DNA of 63,235 nt, the filler included, from Reticulomyxa filosa (taxonomy: Eukaryota; Protista; Foraminifera): NCBI GenBank assembly GCA_000512085.1. It is 19 parts of 19 records of this genome, joined end to end, with 100 filler letters (N's around TTAATTAATTAA, not from the genome) between each part and the next. Parts side by side here need not be neighbours in the genome. Positions count along the whole stretch, not along the records: positions 48,922 to 51,188 come from ASPP01011633.1; positions 51,289 to 57,017 come from ASPP01020570.1; positions 57,118 to 59,750 come from ASPP01021094.1; positions 59,851 to 61,928 come from ASPP01034807.1; 15 more parts are not named here. The stretch is one strand, 5' to 3'. The notes under the pieces were generated by a model. That model was not told where the DNA came from. It searched no databases and saw nothing but the letters and a program-made list of their open reading frames with translations. The position numbers were made by a program, and so were the translations under genes. Positions 50,535-62,028 of this stretch are shown one piece after another (the first letter of the stretch is position 1; every line of letters begins with the position of its first letter).

Positions 50535-51168
50535 TTATCGCTCGGTATAAATTTTTTGGACAACCTGACCTTTCATAAAATGTCCTTTTTTGATCCCAAG
50601 AGAATTCAAAACAGTTGGAGCCAAATCAACATTTTCAACGTAGTTTGTCAACGAATTATTTTTGATAATGCCTGGGCCACTAAAAATGACGGGAATGTAC
50701 ATATTACATTCATTAAATTGGCCATGGGTGTTTCCCCATCCTCCATGATCAGCTATTTCCGACAACAACCACAAAATGGGAACGTACATTGCATTATCAT
50801 ACAGATTCCACTTAAAACTTAAAAAAATAAAAAAATAAAAAAATAAAAAATAAACCTGTGATAAGAATCTGAGTTTCATCAAAGATATTGGCTTCTTTTA
50901 AGGCATTAAGTAAAACACCAATCAGGTTATCTACATTACTGACTGCCTGATAATAGAATGGAGAGCCCCAATAAGTATTGTGGCCTGCTTCATCCACCTG
51001 ATTAAGGTGTACAAACATCAAATCTGGCTTAAAGGAAACAATGAAATCCGACATTGTCAAGGCCACTGCTGTGTCGTTGTCATTTCCAAGAAAACTATAG
51101 TCAACGTCATTTGAGAACAAATAACCAATCCAATCCCAGCTCACTGATGCGGCAATCACAATTTCTCC
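50535..51168 (-). CDS. Alkaline-phosphatase-superfamily nucleotide pyrophosphatase/phosphodiesterase, C-terminal part (5' partial)
   Basis: 'KPDLMFVHLNQVDEAGH..WGS..YYQAVSNVDNLIG', spliced 'IT|ADHGG..THG', 'IPVIFSGPGI' and 'NVDLAPTV'. Confidence 0.85.
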
Positions 51169-51288
51169 TTTTTTTTTTCCCCCCCCCCNNNNNNNNNNNN
51201 NNNNNNNNNNNNNNNNNNNNNNNNNNNNNNNNTTAATTAATTAANNNNNNNNNNNNNNNNNNNNNNNNNNNNNNNNNNNNNNNNNNNN

Positions 51289-51328
<40 letters not shown>

Positions 51329-51351
51329 TCTAAAACAAAGGAAAGTTTTTT

Positions 51352-51696
51352 TTAGTTAACTCTTGAAGACAGTCCCGGTGAAGAAACAGGACTCCTTGCG
51401 GTTGATTTGCGTGGTATATCAGCTTTCTTTTCTTGTAACACTGAACTGTTTCTTACAGCATCACCCTTGGGAGCGTCAGAAATGGGCCGTTCTTGTGGTA
51501 TTGACAGTTCTCCATCGTTGTCAATTAGATTTTTTGCGATATCATAACTCAGTGGAACGCCGTTTTTTTTCCCAAACGCTAACAGATGGTTCACTTCTTT
51601 TGGCTTGTAATTAAATTCTTTCACATAGTCTTGATACACTTCTTGTGCCGTTTTTTCTTTTCGAAACCAACTGGTATTTCGTGTTCGAGCTTCCAT
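51352..51696 (-). CDS. Hypothetical protein, first exon (probably 3' partial)
   Basis: ATG-initiated 114-codon ORF ending near a GT donor and A-tract at the contig edge. No family recognised. Confidence 0.5.
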   Translation of the reverse strand: MEARTRNTSWFRKEKTAQEVYQDYVKEFNYKPKEVNHLLAFGKKNGVPLSYDIAKNLIDNDGELSIPQERPISDAPKGDAVRNSSVLQEKKADIPRKSTARSPVSSPGLSSRVN

Positions 51697-52055
51697 TGTT
51701 GATTTTGATTCAAAAATTGAACAGCCAAAACGTACCTTTTTGTTTTTCTTTTGCTGTTTACAAGGACAACGATTTTATTGCGACATTCAATTCAATTTTT
51801 CTCTGTTGACACTGTTGCAATTCTTCAAACTGAGGCATCACGAAAAAAAAACCAACAAAAAGTGTGACTGTGACGTTCGTGTATTCCGCTTCTGTTAGTA
51901 AAGCATTAAAACATTATTCAAATTTTTTTTGAAGAACCACAATTTTCAAAGATATTGTGCAGTGAGTTGTTTGATATTTTTTCAAGACGTCCAAAATTGT
52001 TGAAGTTGTATTCCCCATCTCCATCTTGATAAAACTAAAGAACAAACAATAATCA

Positions 52056-52622
52056 ATGGCAAGTGACTCAGTTGTGAATAAACCAAACGAAACAACAGCA
52101 CCTGTTAGTCCGTCGGACAACAAAGAGACGAAAAAAGGGACAAACAGTAAACTGACAGATGACCAATGGGAAGACTTGAAAGAAGCGTTTACATTATTTG
52201 ACACAGATCGATCAGGAACAATTGACAGCAATGAATTGAAGACAGTCCTGCAGACCTTAGGTTTAGAAGTGACTGATAAAGAAGTGGAGGACATGGCAGC
52301 AGATATAGACTTAAACAAAGATGGCGAAATTGACTTTGACGAATTTGTGCGACTGATGGAAAGACGAGTATATTTGCCAAGCAACGAAGCAGAATACTTT
52401 GAAGCATTCAAGTTTTTTGACAAGAATAACAATGGTGTGATTGAATTTGAGGAGTTAAAAGATGTGTTGCAGAGCTTGGGAGAACAATTGACTGATCAGG
52501 ATATATGGGACATGATCCACGAAGCGGATAAAAATGGAGACAATGTTATCGACTTTGAAGAGTTTATGCAAATGATGTCCTTAAATGACGTTATTAATTT
52601 AAACAACCTTACAAGGGATTAG
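52056..52622 (+). CDS. Calmodulin/centrin-like four-EF-hand protein (intronless)
   Basis: EF loops DTDRSGTIDSNE, DLNKDGEIDFDE, DKNNNGVIEFEE and DKNGDNVIDFEE, with an N-terminal extension. Confidence 0.92.
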   Translation: MASDSVVNKPNETTAPVSPSDNKETKKGTNSKLTDDQWEDLKEAFTLFDTDRSGTIDSNELKTVLQTLGLEVTDKEVEDMAADIDLNKDGEIDFDEFVRLMERRVYLPSNEAEYFEAFKFFDKNNNGVIEFEELKDVLQSLGEQLTDQDIWDMIHEADKNGDNVIDFEEFMQMMSLNDVINLNNLTRD

Positions 52623-54207
52623 ATTCATTATTGTATCTATCCTCTTTTTTTTTTTTTTTTGCCGTATGTTTCCCTTCATCTTATATTCCTACTCATGTCT
52701 GAACATCGGCGTCTGTTGTTCGTTTGTTTCCACTACTCCGTTGTCTCCTTTGTAAACGCACTCTTATTTTTTTCTGTTTTTCCTTGGAGCTAGCAGTTCC
52801 TACGCTGATCAAAACAAACTTTAAATGTAAAATATATTTAGGGTAACGTTAAAAAGCGAATCATTTCAAAAATTATTTTTTAAAAAGATAGCATTGTGAC
52901 CAACCAAGAGTGCTGATAAATATTTTTGTAAGTTAGATTTTTTTAAAAAATTAAATAGATGTTGCAGATTGCACAAAGTATATCTGACTATTCATTTAGA
53001 AATGATTTGCATCAAACTACATTGGCCTGTGTTTTTGAAATAAATATCAAATTAAAAAGTTTGATGAGAGTGATTTGAGGTCAGAGCAGATGCAGTGATG
53101 AACAGATTACTGCATTGTGTTTACGATTAAATGGTAAAGTAAATGCGAACAAATGATCACATCGTGCCACTTGAAGTTGACATCTAATTTTTGTTAAAAG
53201 CATATTTATAAATATGGGAACCATACATCACACAGTACAATATTCAAGGCTATTACAATTTCTTGCAGAGAACGCTAGCCAAAAATGAGCAACTCCTTCG
53301 GACCATCCATTTGAAAGCTGGCCAAGAATTAATTCAAGTGAAGATCATCTTTTTTAAAAAATTTATCTCTTTTAAACTTGTTCCGACAGTAGATTATTTG
53401 TGTTCTTTGATACCATACTAAATGTAAGCGCAAAGAAGAGATTCAAAAACTCAGTTCGTCTCTTGAAAGATTATATCGATCCCAAGCCAGTTTACACAGT
53501 GAAGACGGTGTCAATGCAGGCCTAAAATACCAATGGGGACATCATGCCGATCTTTTTTTACAAACTGCAGACGGTTGGAAAAGTCAAAATAAAGCACAAA
53601 TGAATAATAATGACTCCACTTTTAATCAAGTAAACCTCCAACATTTTCGAGGCACTACTGTCAACAATTCTGTTCTCACAGAAAAACCAAGTTACCCTTT
53701 ACAAAGCGTTCCAATGGCTCATCCGATGCCGAGTTTTGTCAAAACAAAGTTGTAAACCTGTTTGTGCTTTGCCTTTCATTACTTTGCGTTTAAAACAGAA
53801 TCCAAAGAGACAGATAATCGAGCGGAACAAGGCCTAATAATTGAGCCATTCGAAGCACTGAACGAAAATGGAAAAAATCTTGGCAGATCAAACGAAGCAT
53901 TTCAAACAAAAAGTTCCTTGAAAACAAAAATTAAAACTGGAGACGAAGTTTTGGACAATATTTTAAGCAAAGTTGCGCAAAATATGACAATTTGAAAAAA
54001 ATTGTATTTTTCTGAGTTGGGTTTAAGATTTTTCACAAGAGAGTGTGTAAAGATGGCCTAATTAAGTTTTATTTATCGATGTTGTTCCGATTAAGTTTAA
54101 AAAGATGTCACAAATACAGTGAAATTAAACATTTTTAGGTATGCATCTTCTAACAAAATAAGTTAAAAAAGGAAGGTTGTAGAATTTTTTTTAAAAAAAA
54201 CCGGCCA

Positions 54208-55936
54208 ATGTCCAATAAGCGGTGAGTATTAATAACAGCCAAACTTCCAAAATGAAAACAAGAAAAATTGATATAATAAACTTAAATTGCACAGGAATTA
54301 CTCGTTAATTGATGAAGGGACGACTAAACATCAACCACCGGCAAAGAAGCAAAAAATGATGGAAAGTGAACAGACAACAATTGAGAAAAAAGAGGAAAAT
54401 GAGGTAAAGCACGTCGAAAAAGAGGAAAAAGTTAGTGAGAATGAGCAAACGACAAACAAAAAAAAAGAAAAACAAGCTAATGGAAATAAGCGAAAGCACA
54501 AAGAAAAAAACAGTAGCGAAGATACAAAGCCACCGAAAAAAGGAGAGCGATTGCAGCCAATGAGTTCTTGTTATATCTTTCACGACAACAAGCGATATGT
54601 TGCCCCTTACTACTATGAATATCGCTGTTATGCAAAAGGGAGATGGTTCGGAAGGGAAATCTTTGAAGTAATGACCACTGAGTTTTACGCATATGACGCT
54701 GCCTACTACGTATGTGCACATACATATGTGGACACATGTGTATGGATTGCAACACCTCTGTGTGCAACACGCTCAGAAAGCAGCGATCGAAAACGGAAGC
54801 ATTACAGTGCGAGACAAACAAGTGTCATTAAATTACATAATACAAAACGGGGATTGGATGGTCCACAAAACACATCGACATGAACCTCCAGTCACGTCTG
54901 TTATTTTGTGTTTTTTTTTTTCAAAAAGTTTGTTGAACACATAGTCGTCATTTTCCCTTTTTTTTTTTTTTTTGAATCACAGAAGCAAAAAAATTGAAGT
55001 GATATGCGACAAAAAAGACTTTATCGTTGTAACAAGCCCGCGTCGATTCCAGCCCATCCTTGCGGTCATTATCGATTCAATTCGCTGGTGTATATCCTAT
55101 TGCAAGAATTGGAAGAGCCCTTTCAAACGTGTCATCGCTTGGACCGTGTCACCAGTGGAATCACCATCCTATGTCGCAATAAGGATATCGCCGCCAAAAT
55201 GAGTGCCAAAATTCGAGAGCGATCAATTACTAAAATTTATTTAGCGTTTGCGTCATTTGTTATTTCTCCTTGTTTACATACATACATATATATATGTATA
55301 TGTATATATAATGTATATGCAATCTTGCACTTGCGCCTCCTTTTTAAGATTTGAATGGGGGGGGGGGAAAAAAGACGTGTGAAAGGAGAGTTTCCCAAAG
55401 ACCCAGTGACCGTGGATAAGGCAATAAAGTGCAGCGACTATGTGAAAGGGTTACATCTGTCGGAAGACGGCAAATCAGCCAAAACCGCGTTTCATAGACT
55501 GAGTTACAACGGGAAGTCAAGCTTGGTGGAGTGTCGTCCGGTGACTGGAAGGACACATCAAATTCGTTTGCATTTACAATATCTGGGACATCCCATTGTC
55601 AATGATTTCGGCTATGGTGGGGATATTTTGTGCGATTCCAATGACACGGTAGGAACAACGGAAGAGAAGAAGATTGACGACACTTTGCTCGGTATTGTCG
55701 AAAAGCACTGGAATCCAAAATGTCCGGAGTGTATTACGTGGAAAGAGGAAATTTCTGGGACATGGATCAGTCCAAGGCCTTTAGTCGTTGAAATTTGGCT
55801 ACATGCCCTCAAATATGAATGCGAAGAATGGAGCTTCGAGGCCCCCAAGCCTTATTGGGCTTTACCCGATTTCAACGAAGATAAATATACTGTTCGTCCC
55901 AAACCAGATATTGTCACTGATGAAATTTACGACTAA
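54208..55936 (+). CDS. RPUSD2: RluA-family RNA pseudouridine synthase, RPUSD2/Rib2/Pus9-like (multi-exon, apparent 1-nt frameshift near 55031)
   Basis: 'YAKGRWFGR', 'HRHEPPV', 'NKPASIPAHPCGHYRFNS', catalytic 'HRLDRVTSG' and 'TGRTHQIRLHLQYLGHPIVND'. Start MSNKR at 54208 with an intron at 54222-54294. Confidence 0.88.
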
Positions 55937-57117
55937 AGCGTCTTTTCCAGTTACATTGGAGATAACTACCTTCGTTTTTTCATTATTGACTTTTAAAGAA
56001 TCTTTCTCCATTTTTGATTAACTTACTTCATACTTTGAAACAATCATTGTTAATCTTAAGGATCACTATTTTCAAAAACTGTAATAGTAATTGTCGAAAT
56101 AAATCAGTATAAAACAATCATGCATTTTTTTTAAAACAAAAGAATTTCTGTCAGCTCTGAAAAAATTTGGACATAAAGATTGACTGATAACATTTATGAG
56201 GTAGCCCAATAGAGTAAAAAAAAACAATTATTAGACATTGAACACACTTTTGGATTCTACACAGCTTGCATATATAAAAAAGTTTCAAAAATGCTTCAAT
56301 AATGTTGCAAATGTTTGTAAAAATTGATTGTATATAAGCTCGAAATAACAGCAAAAACTTGTCATTTTAAATGCATTCAAATTGAAACAAACAATTGCAG
56401 GGCTCAAATACACAATAAAATTATTTCATTCGTATCTTTGTTGTTATTGTCAATATACAATGACCAACAGATGAAGCGTTTTTTGGATATGAGCACATAT
56501 GCTTGTATTTATTTTTGATTGTATCTTGACTTGTCTTCCAAAACAACTTTACATCAGCTTATTTCCACCCAACACAACTCATACCCCAAGACTTAGAACT
56601 TATCGGATTGCGATAATATGTTTCTCTGGGTTGCATGTAAATCTCTTCGACAGAATATATAGCTTTTGCTATATGATAATTCTATTCTCCGGCATGAAAC
56701 ACCCCTGAAGGAGACAGATATGTGGTTGAACTGTGTGGGGGTTTTGCTATAGCAGTTTAGCTTTCGAAGCGAAGCCGTTGATATTATTCTGGAAAATGAT
56801 CATTTTCTGTTGGGAATGGCGCTGATTAGGAATCTTTGCTCTTTCTTTTTTCTCATTGCTTTTCTTTTCTAGTGGGGAGGCATGTTGATGCAATTGTGTT
56901 TGCATCTTGGGCACTCTTTCCTTCTGCAAAATTGGATTCTTTTGCTTTTCTCGACCAATCGATGTTCTTTCCGTTCAATAACTTTCTTGCGCGGTTGGAA
57001 CCGAAAGGGTTTGAATTNNNNNNNNNNNNNNNNNNNNNNNNNNNNNNNNNNNNNNNNNNNNTTAATTAATTAANNNNNNNNNNNNNNNNNNNNNNNNNNN
57101 NNNNNNNNNNNNNNNNN

Positions 57118-58120
57118 AGTTTTGACTCTCTCCCCCCCTTTTTTTAATGTCCCCTCTTTCACTGCATTACACATGAGAAACCAACAAGCAAAATAAGACA
57201 TACCTTCCACTTTGACGTGGCATATTGCTCATGGATGTGTCCGAGCTGAAGTTCTTACTTGGACTCGTGTCATCGTAGGCTTGCTCCGAGTTGTAGTTCT
57301 GTGCAGCGGTTTTGAGCGGGGCCAATCGAACGGTGGCGTGGTGCTTGGAAGCGCGTGTGGGTGGACTCAAAGAAGACGTAGGATTATAGCCTGGTTTGCT
57401 GGACAACGATTTCAATGGGACAGTGGTGGTCGTTTTTGTCTTTGCATATAGTTGAGGTTGATCTTTCATATTACTATTGCTATTGCTATTGCTATTGTCA
57501 TTGTCATTGTCATCATCATCATCGTCATAACCATCATCACCATTATCATTATCATTCTGTTTATGATGACGAGGATCATGATCCTCATCGGTGGTAATGT
57601 CATTTGTATCTGCAGTAGCGCTCGTGTCACTAGTGCTCGTATTGGTTCGCTTGCGCTGCACTCCTCGAGGTACTGATATGGTATCTCTTTTTGCCCTCGT
57701 GTTCGTGTTCACAGGACGATTGGCCTGCCCTGCGCCAATACTATCATCGTCACTTGGCATCAACGCACGCGACGCATTGCTATCTGCGCTGGGATGGTCT
57801 GTCAAAGATATGCGATCCGGGCCGTGCGAATGATCGTCTTTCAGCTCTCCAGTCATCGATGGACTAATGCTCGACTCTGGCGCCGTTGCACAATTGCAAG
57901 GCTTTTGTTTCTTCGTCAAATGCAGTATCGTTTGCTCCTCGTCGTCGCCATCCATCACTCGCTCATCTCGCGTCTCCGTTCCACTGGGCTCCGGCGTTGG
58001 AGATAACAGCTGTCTTTTCTTGTCGAATGACTTTTTGTGTTGCTTCTTTTCCTTTCCATTCAATTCCACGTCCGGGAACTCGTCCACTACTACCGTCATT
58101 GGACCTTTGTTTTTTCTTGC

Positions 58121-58171
<51 letters not shown>

Positions 58172-59507
58172 GTTGTTGTTGTCTTTGTTGGTTTCATTGA
58201 CATTTCTCTTTCTCTTGTTCTCACCATTTTTAGAAATCTCTTCTTTTGCCTTCCTTTCATCTCCGTCCGACTTTGTATTCTTTTCCAATATAGAACAATA
58301 CAATATCCATGCACACAACATATGGAAAATGGTACAACAGCCCCCTCTCCCCCTCCCCCCCCCCCCACAAGTTCGACAAAGGATTGACGCAAAAGCAAAA
58401 CATACACAAAGAGCGTGGCTTTGAACACTAACCTGAGCACACGGCAACGGAGAAATGGTATTTCTTACAACTAACTTTTGAGACTTTTCACAATGGTCAA
58501 ACGTGGTTGTGATCTTTTGAAGCCGTCCTGGAATGTCATTGCTCGGTTTGGGTAATTGCTTATCTTCAAATTACAATACACACACACACATGCACATTGG
58601 ATTTTATGTACGCACGTACATTCCATTTTTTTTTTTTTAATAATAACGTATACAAATAAATAAAGTGTATACATACATATAAACATATACATATATATAT
58701 GTATATATATATATATATATTACATATATATGTATATAAAAGTACCACAATTGGGTGATACGACAGGCTTTGAAGAAACAGGATCAACAGTGGCAGTGAC
58801 ATTGTCCTGAGGAATGATAAGTTTGGTAGCAGGGGTGAGTGCAGACAAAGGAGGGGGAGGTGGAGCTGGACTCGAGACACTTGCTTGTGTGACATTTTTT
58901 TGTTGCTTCGTGATTATTAATGGTGGTTTTGATCCGTTCTTTGAACTGTGATCATCGGCTACGACCGTTTCATCGACACCTGCATTTCCCTCATTCGTCC
59001 CCTTTGCCGACATCGATTGCAATGCATGTTGCTGTAACATTACTACGTGATTCTTTAATGCTATTTGATTACTACGTAATGTTTCTATATAACTATCTCG
59101 TTCTTCCACTGCACGTGCATATTCTTCTAATTTTTCCTTTTTTTTTTTTTTGATTTGTTTTGTAAATTTGTAAAGTGTTTGGTTTTTTTTTTTTTTTTTT
59201 AAATATTCAAAACTTTGAACATTTGTATGACTTCTTTCAGTTTTAAAATAATCTCTTCACTGGTCAATTTCTTTATTATTTTTGCAAGTTCCACATGTGT
59301 CCCGTACCCTTTTGGCACGTTAAAATATGAATAATCATTGATTGTACCATCGTGTCCGTTAGGAACTGGCTCAACTAATTCCAAACCCACGTAGGGTGTC
59401 AAGCCGGCACCTGAAATTATTCCTATAAATCGTATCAAGCCGATCCCCGATTTATTTGCTGGCAGTTGGATTAATACAGCGTCTCCTTGGGCTAATCGAA
59501 CTGACAT
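57118..59507 (-). CDS. CAP-Gly domain protein with coiled coil and long low-complexity tail (multi-exon, 3' partial)
   Basis: 'GLIRFIGII..YVGLELVEPVPNGHDGTINDYSYFNVPKGYGTHV' is a CAP-Gly domain. Downstream exons carry poly-N/D tracts. Confidence 0.8.
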
Positions 59508-59879
59508 TATACAATTGATCTTGTTACAATTTTTTAGTTTTTTTATATCAAAGCCCGCATTCAAAAAAAAAAAAAAAGTTGGAGTTAACGGTGAAGTACA
59601 TCATGTAAATTAGTTTAAGCCAAAGCAAAGTAACGAAAGCTTCTATTGAATTGAATACAAGGGAAAAAAGAAAAAAAAAGTAAAGGATTATTTATATGAG
59701 GAAAAAGCCCCTTTTTCCTCGTCCTCTTTGTCCTGTACCAACAATAAGTTNNNNNNNNNNNNNNNNNNNNNNNNNNNNNNNNNNNNNNNNNNNNTTAATT
59801 AATTAANNNNNNNNNNNNNNNNNNNNNNNNNNNNNNNNNNNNNNNNNNNNCATGTATGTAGATATATGCAAACACACAA

Positions 59880-60800
59880 ACATGTTGGTATTTGCATACG
59901 ATCTGGTCAAAGATACTCTCCAATTGAGTCGTGACAATCCACGTTATTTAATCCGTGTGCGAGATTCGTGAAGAAGCATCATTTGCTGCGTATTCAGTTG
60001 GCTTTTTTTTTTATACAAACAAATCAACAGAGTTCTCATCCATGTTTACGTCATTGATTTTCTCTTCAGACAAATATATATATATATATTTATATATGTG
60101 TAATATAAGATAAAATATTTGCGACAAAATGCACACAAACATTGGAGAAGACAAGGAATAGTCAGTGAATGAAACGAAAAATAAGGCCTTGCACTGTGCC
60201 TTATTCAAGGACAGCAAAAGCATGCGAATTGTTTTTGCAATTTCTCCTTCCAGCACTTCAGACTTGATCTGTTGAATTAGGTCTTCGATATTGAAATCGA
60301 ACAGCGGTATTGTGGGCAAAGGAATGGAGATCCATGGACGAAAAGGTTCATTGCTGGATGGACAAGAGTTATAGCGTTCCAGTGGCTGCAAAAAAAACCA
60401 AAAAGACAAATTAATTCAAATTGTTTAGAAAGAAAGACAAAAATAATCAATGTCTTTTAACTGCAATCTCCTTTCAAAGGCATCCGAATCATTTCCTGCC
60501 AATCTTGTTTAACAAATAATCCAATCGCCAAGCAAATTACAATATGCTACAAATTTTAATATTTCCACCAAATCAATACGACGGCCATACCAATTGTATC
60601 TTGGAAGTGTTTCCATACCATACACCTCTGATATTAACATTTGGAATCACATATAGCATAGTCATAAATACATGTGAAAGGCGGCGATAAATATTTAAAC
60701 CAAGTTATTTGCGTTGATAAATTTTAATGAATTCATTGTCAGCTGTCAAATCCTTGATAATAATCCACTAATAATATTGGTATGTATATTTGCTTCTTTT
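59880..60800 (-). pseudogene. Unidentified spliced coding fragment with a disrupted upstream part
   Basis: An exon-like stretch 'PLERYNSCP..IKSEVLEGEIAKTIRMLLLSL' follows a TGCAG acceptor. The upstream segment looks coding but has stops in all frames. Confidence 0.3.
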
Positions 60801-61819
60801 TCCCTTAATCTATTCTTCTTTATTTTCTTCTTCTTCATCTTTCTATTTCTTTCATTCCAAACCTAAGGTAAATCATTCTACAATTAAACAATCAATGTTC
60901 ACATTGTTTTAGTCAATACATTTCACAACAACTGAAAATATTATAAAAATAACATGTACCTTCTGTTATTTTTAATGGTTTGTGATCTTGCCGATTCTGT
61001 TCTGGACAAATTGTAAATATCCCAACGGTTCACTTGAATAACTTTTTTTTTTCAATCGATATCCACAGGACTAACGCGTCGATCGGAGGCTATTCAAGAA
61101 AGAAGATTGTATTCACTCCAGTACATACTTATTCCACACTCACTTACACACACAAAGAAAAAAATTACTTAACAATGCTGCCATCCCGCTCGGGATCATC
61201 ATTCAAATCAAAATAAAAAATTAAAATTGCAAATACAACTTTTTTTTTTCTTTACACTCTTTTTTCTTTTTCTTTCTTTATTATTTTCTTTTTCATTTTT
61301 TCCTTATAAAAAATATCACATTTTTTTTCTATCACTTTTTTCTTTTTTCTTTTCTTTTTACACACTTTTTTTTCTTTTTTATACTTTTCTTTTTTAGTGT
61401 CCTTTTTTTTTTTATTTATTCTTCAATTTTTTTTTCTTATTATTACCTTTTTTTTTTTCTTCAACCCTTTTTTTTATTATTACATTTTCCCCCCCTATTA
61501 TCAATTTTTTCCAACTCCCCCTTCCAAGAAAACACGTACGCTGCGTCGAACCTATTTGCACAAACAAACAAAGTTACATTTAAACAACAGTCAAAAAAAA
61601 TATATTTATAACTATCACTTGGGACTTTGTCTGCATTTCTATTTTTTTTTTTCCTGTGAATACACTCACAAATTTTTTTTTGTTTTAGGGAGGGGAACAA
61701 ATAAATATATAATATATGTTTTTCTTTGAGGGGAACCTATTGAATCACAAACACAACAACATTACATACAAAAGAATATACAAATATATAAATATAAAAA
61801 TCACATACCATTCTTCCTC

Positions 61820-61928
61820 ATTGAGGACACGGGGTAAAGTTCAACCCCTTTATTCTTTTTTTCTTTTGTATGAAGGGAAGGGGAATAGATATTGTAACGA
61901 CTTTTGCGGACGGAGGAACCTATGTTAA
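61820..61928 (+). mobile_element. Putative 3' end of an LTR retrotransposon internal region: polypurine tract and start of the LTR
   Basis: TTGAGGAC at 61821, purine tract GAAGGGAAGGGGAA at 61872-61885, then TGTAAC at 61893, followed by a contig break. Confidence 0.45.
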
Positions 61929-62028
61929 NNNNNNNNNNNNNNNNNNNNNNNNNNNNNNNNNNNNNNNNNNNNTTAATTAATTAANNNNNNNNNNNNNNNN
62001 NNNNNNNNNNNNNNNNNNNNNNNNNNNN

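Noticed and set aside
53050-53995. Possible spliced gene between the EF-hand and RluA genes
   Set aside because: No consistent frame or recognisable domain could be assembled.
56700-57017. Purine tract followed by TGTGG, a possible further LTR start
   Set aside because: Similarity to the element family is too short and no second terminus or TSD is visible.
6935-62028. Recurrent TTAATTAATTAA flanked by N runs, read as a repeat array or CRISPR
   Set aside because: Fixed 44+12+44 geometry with six-frame stops shows it is an assembly linker.
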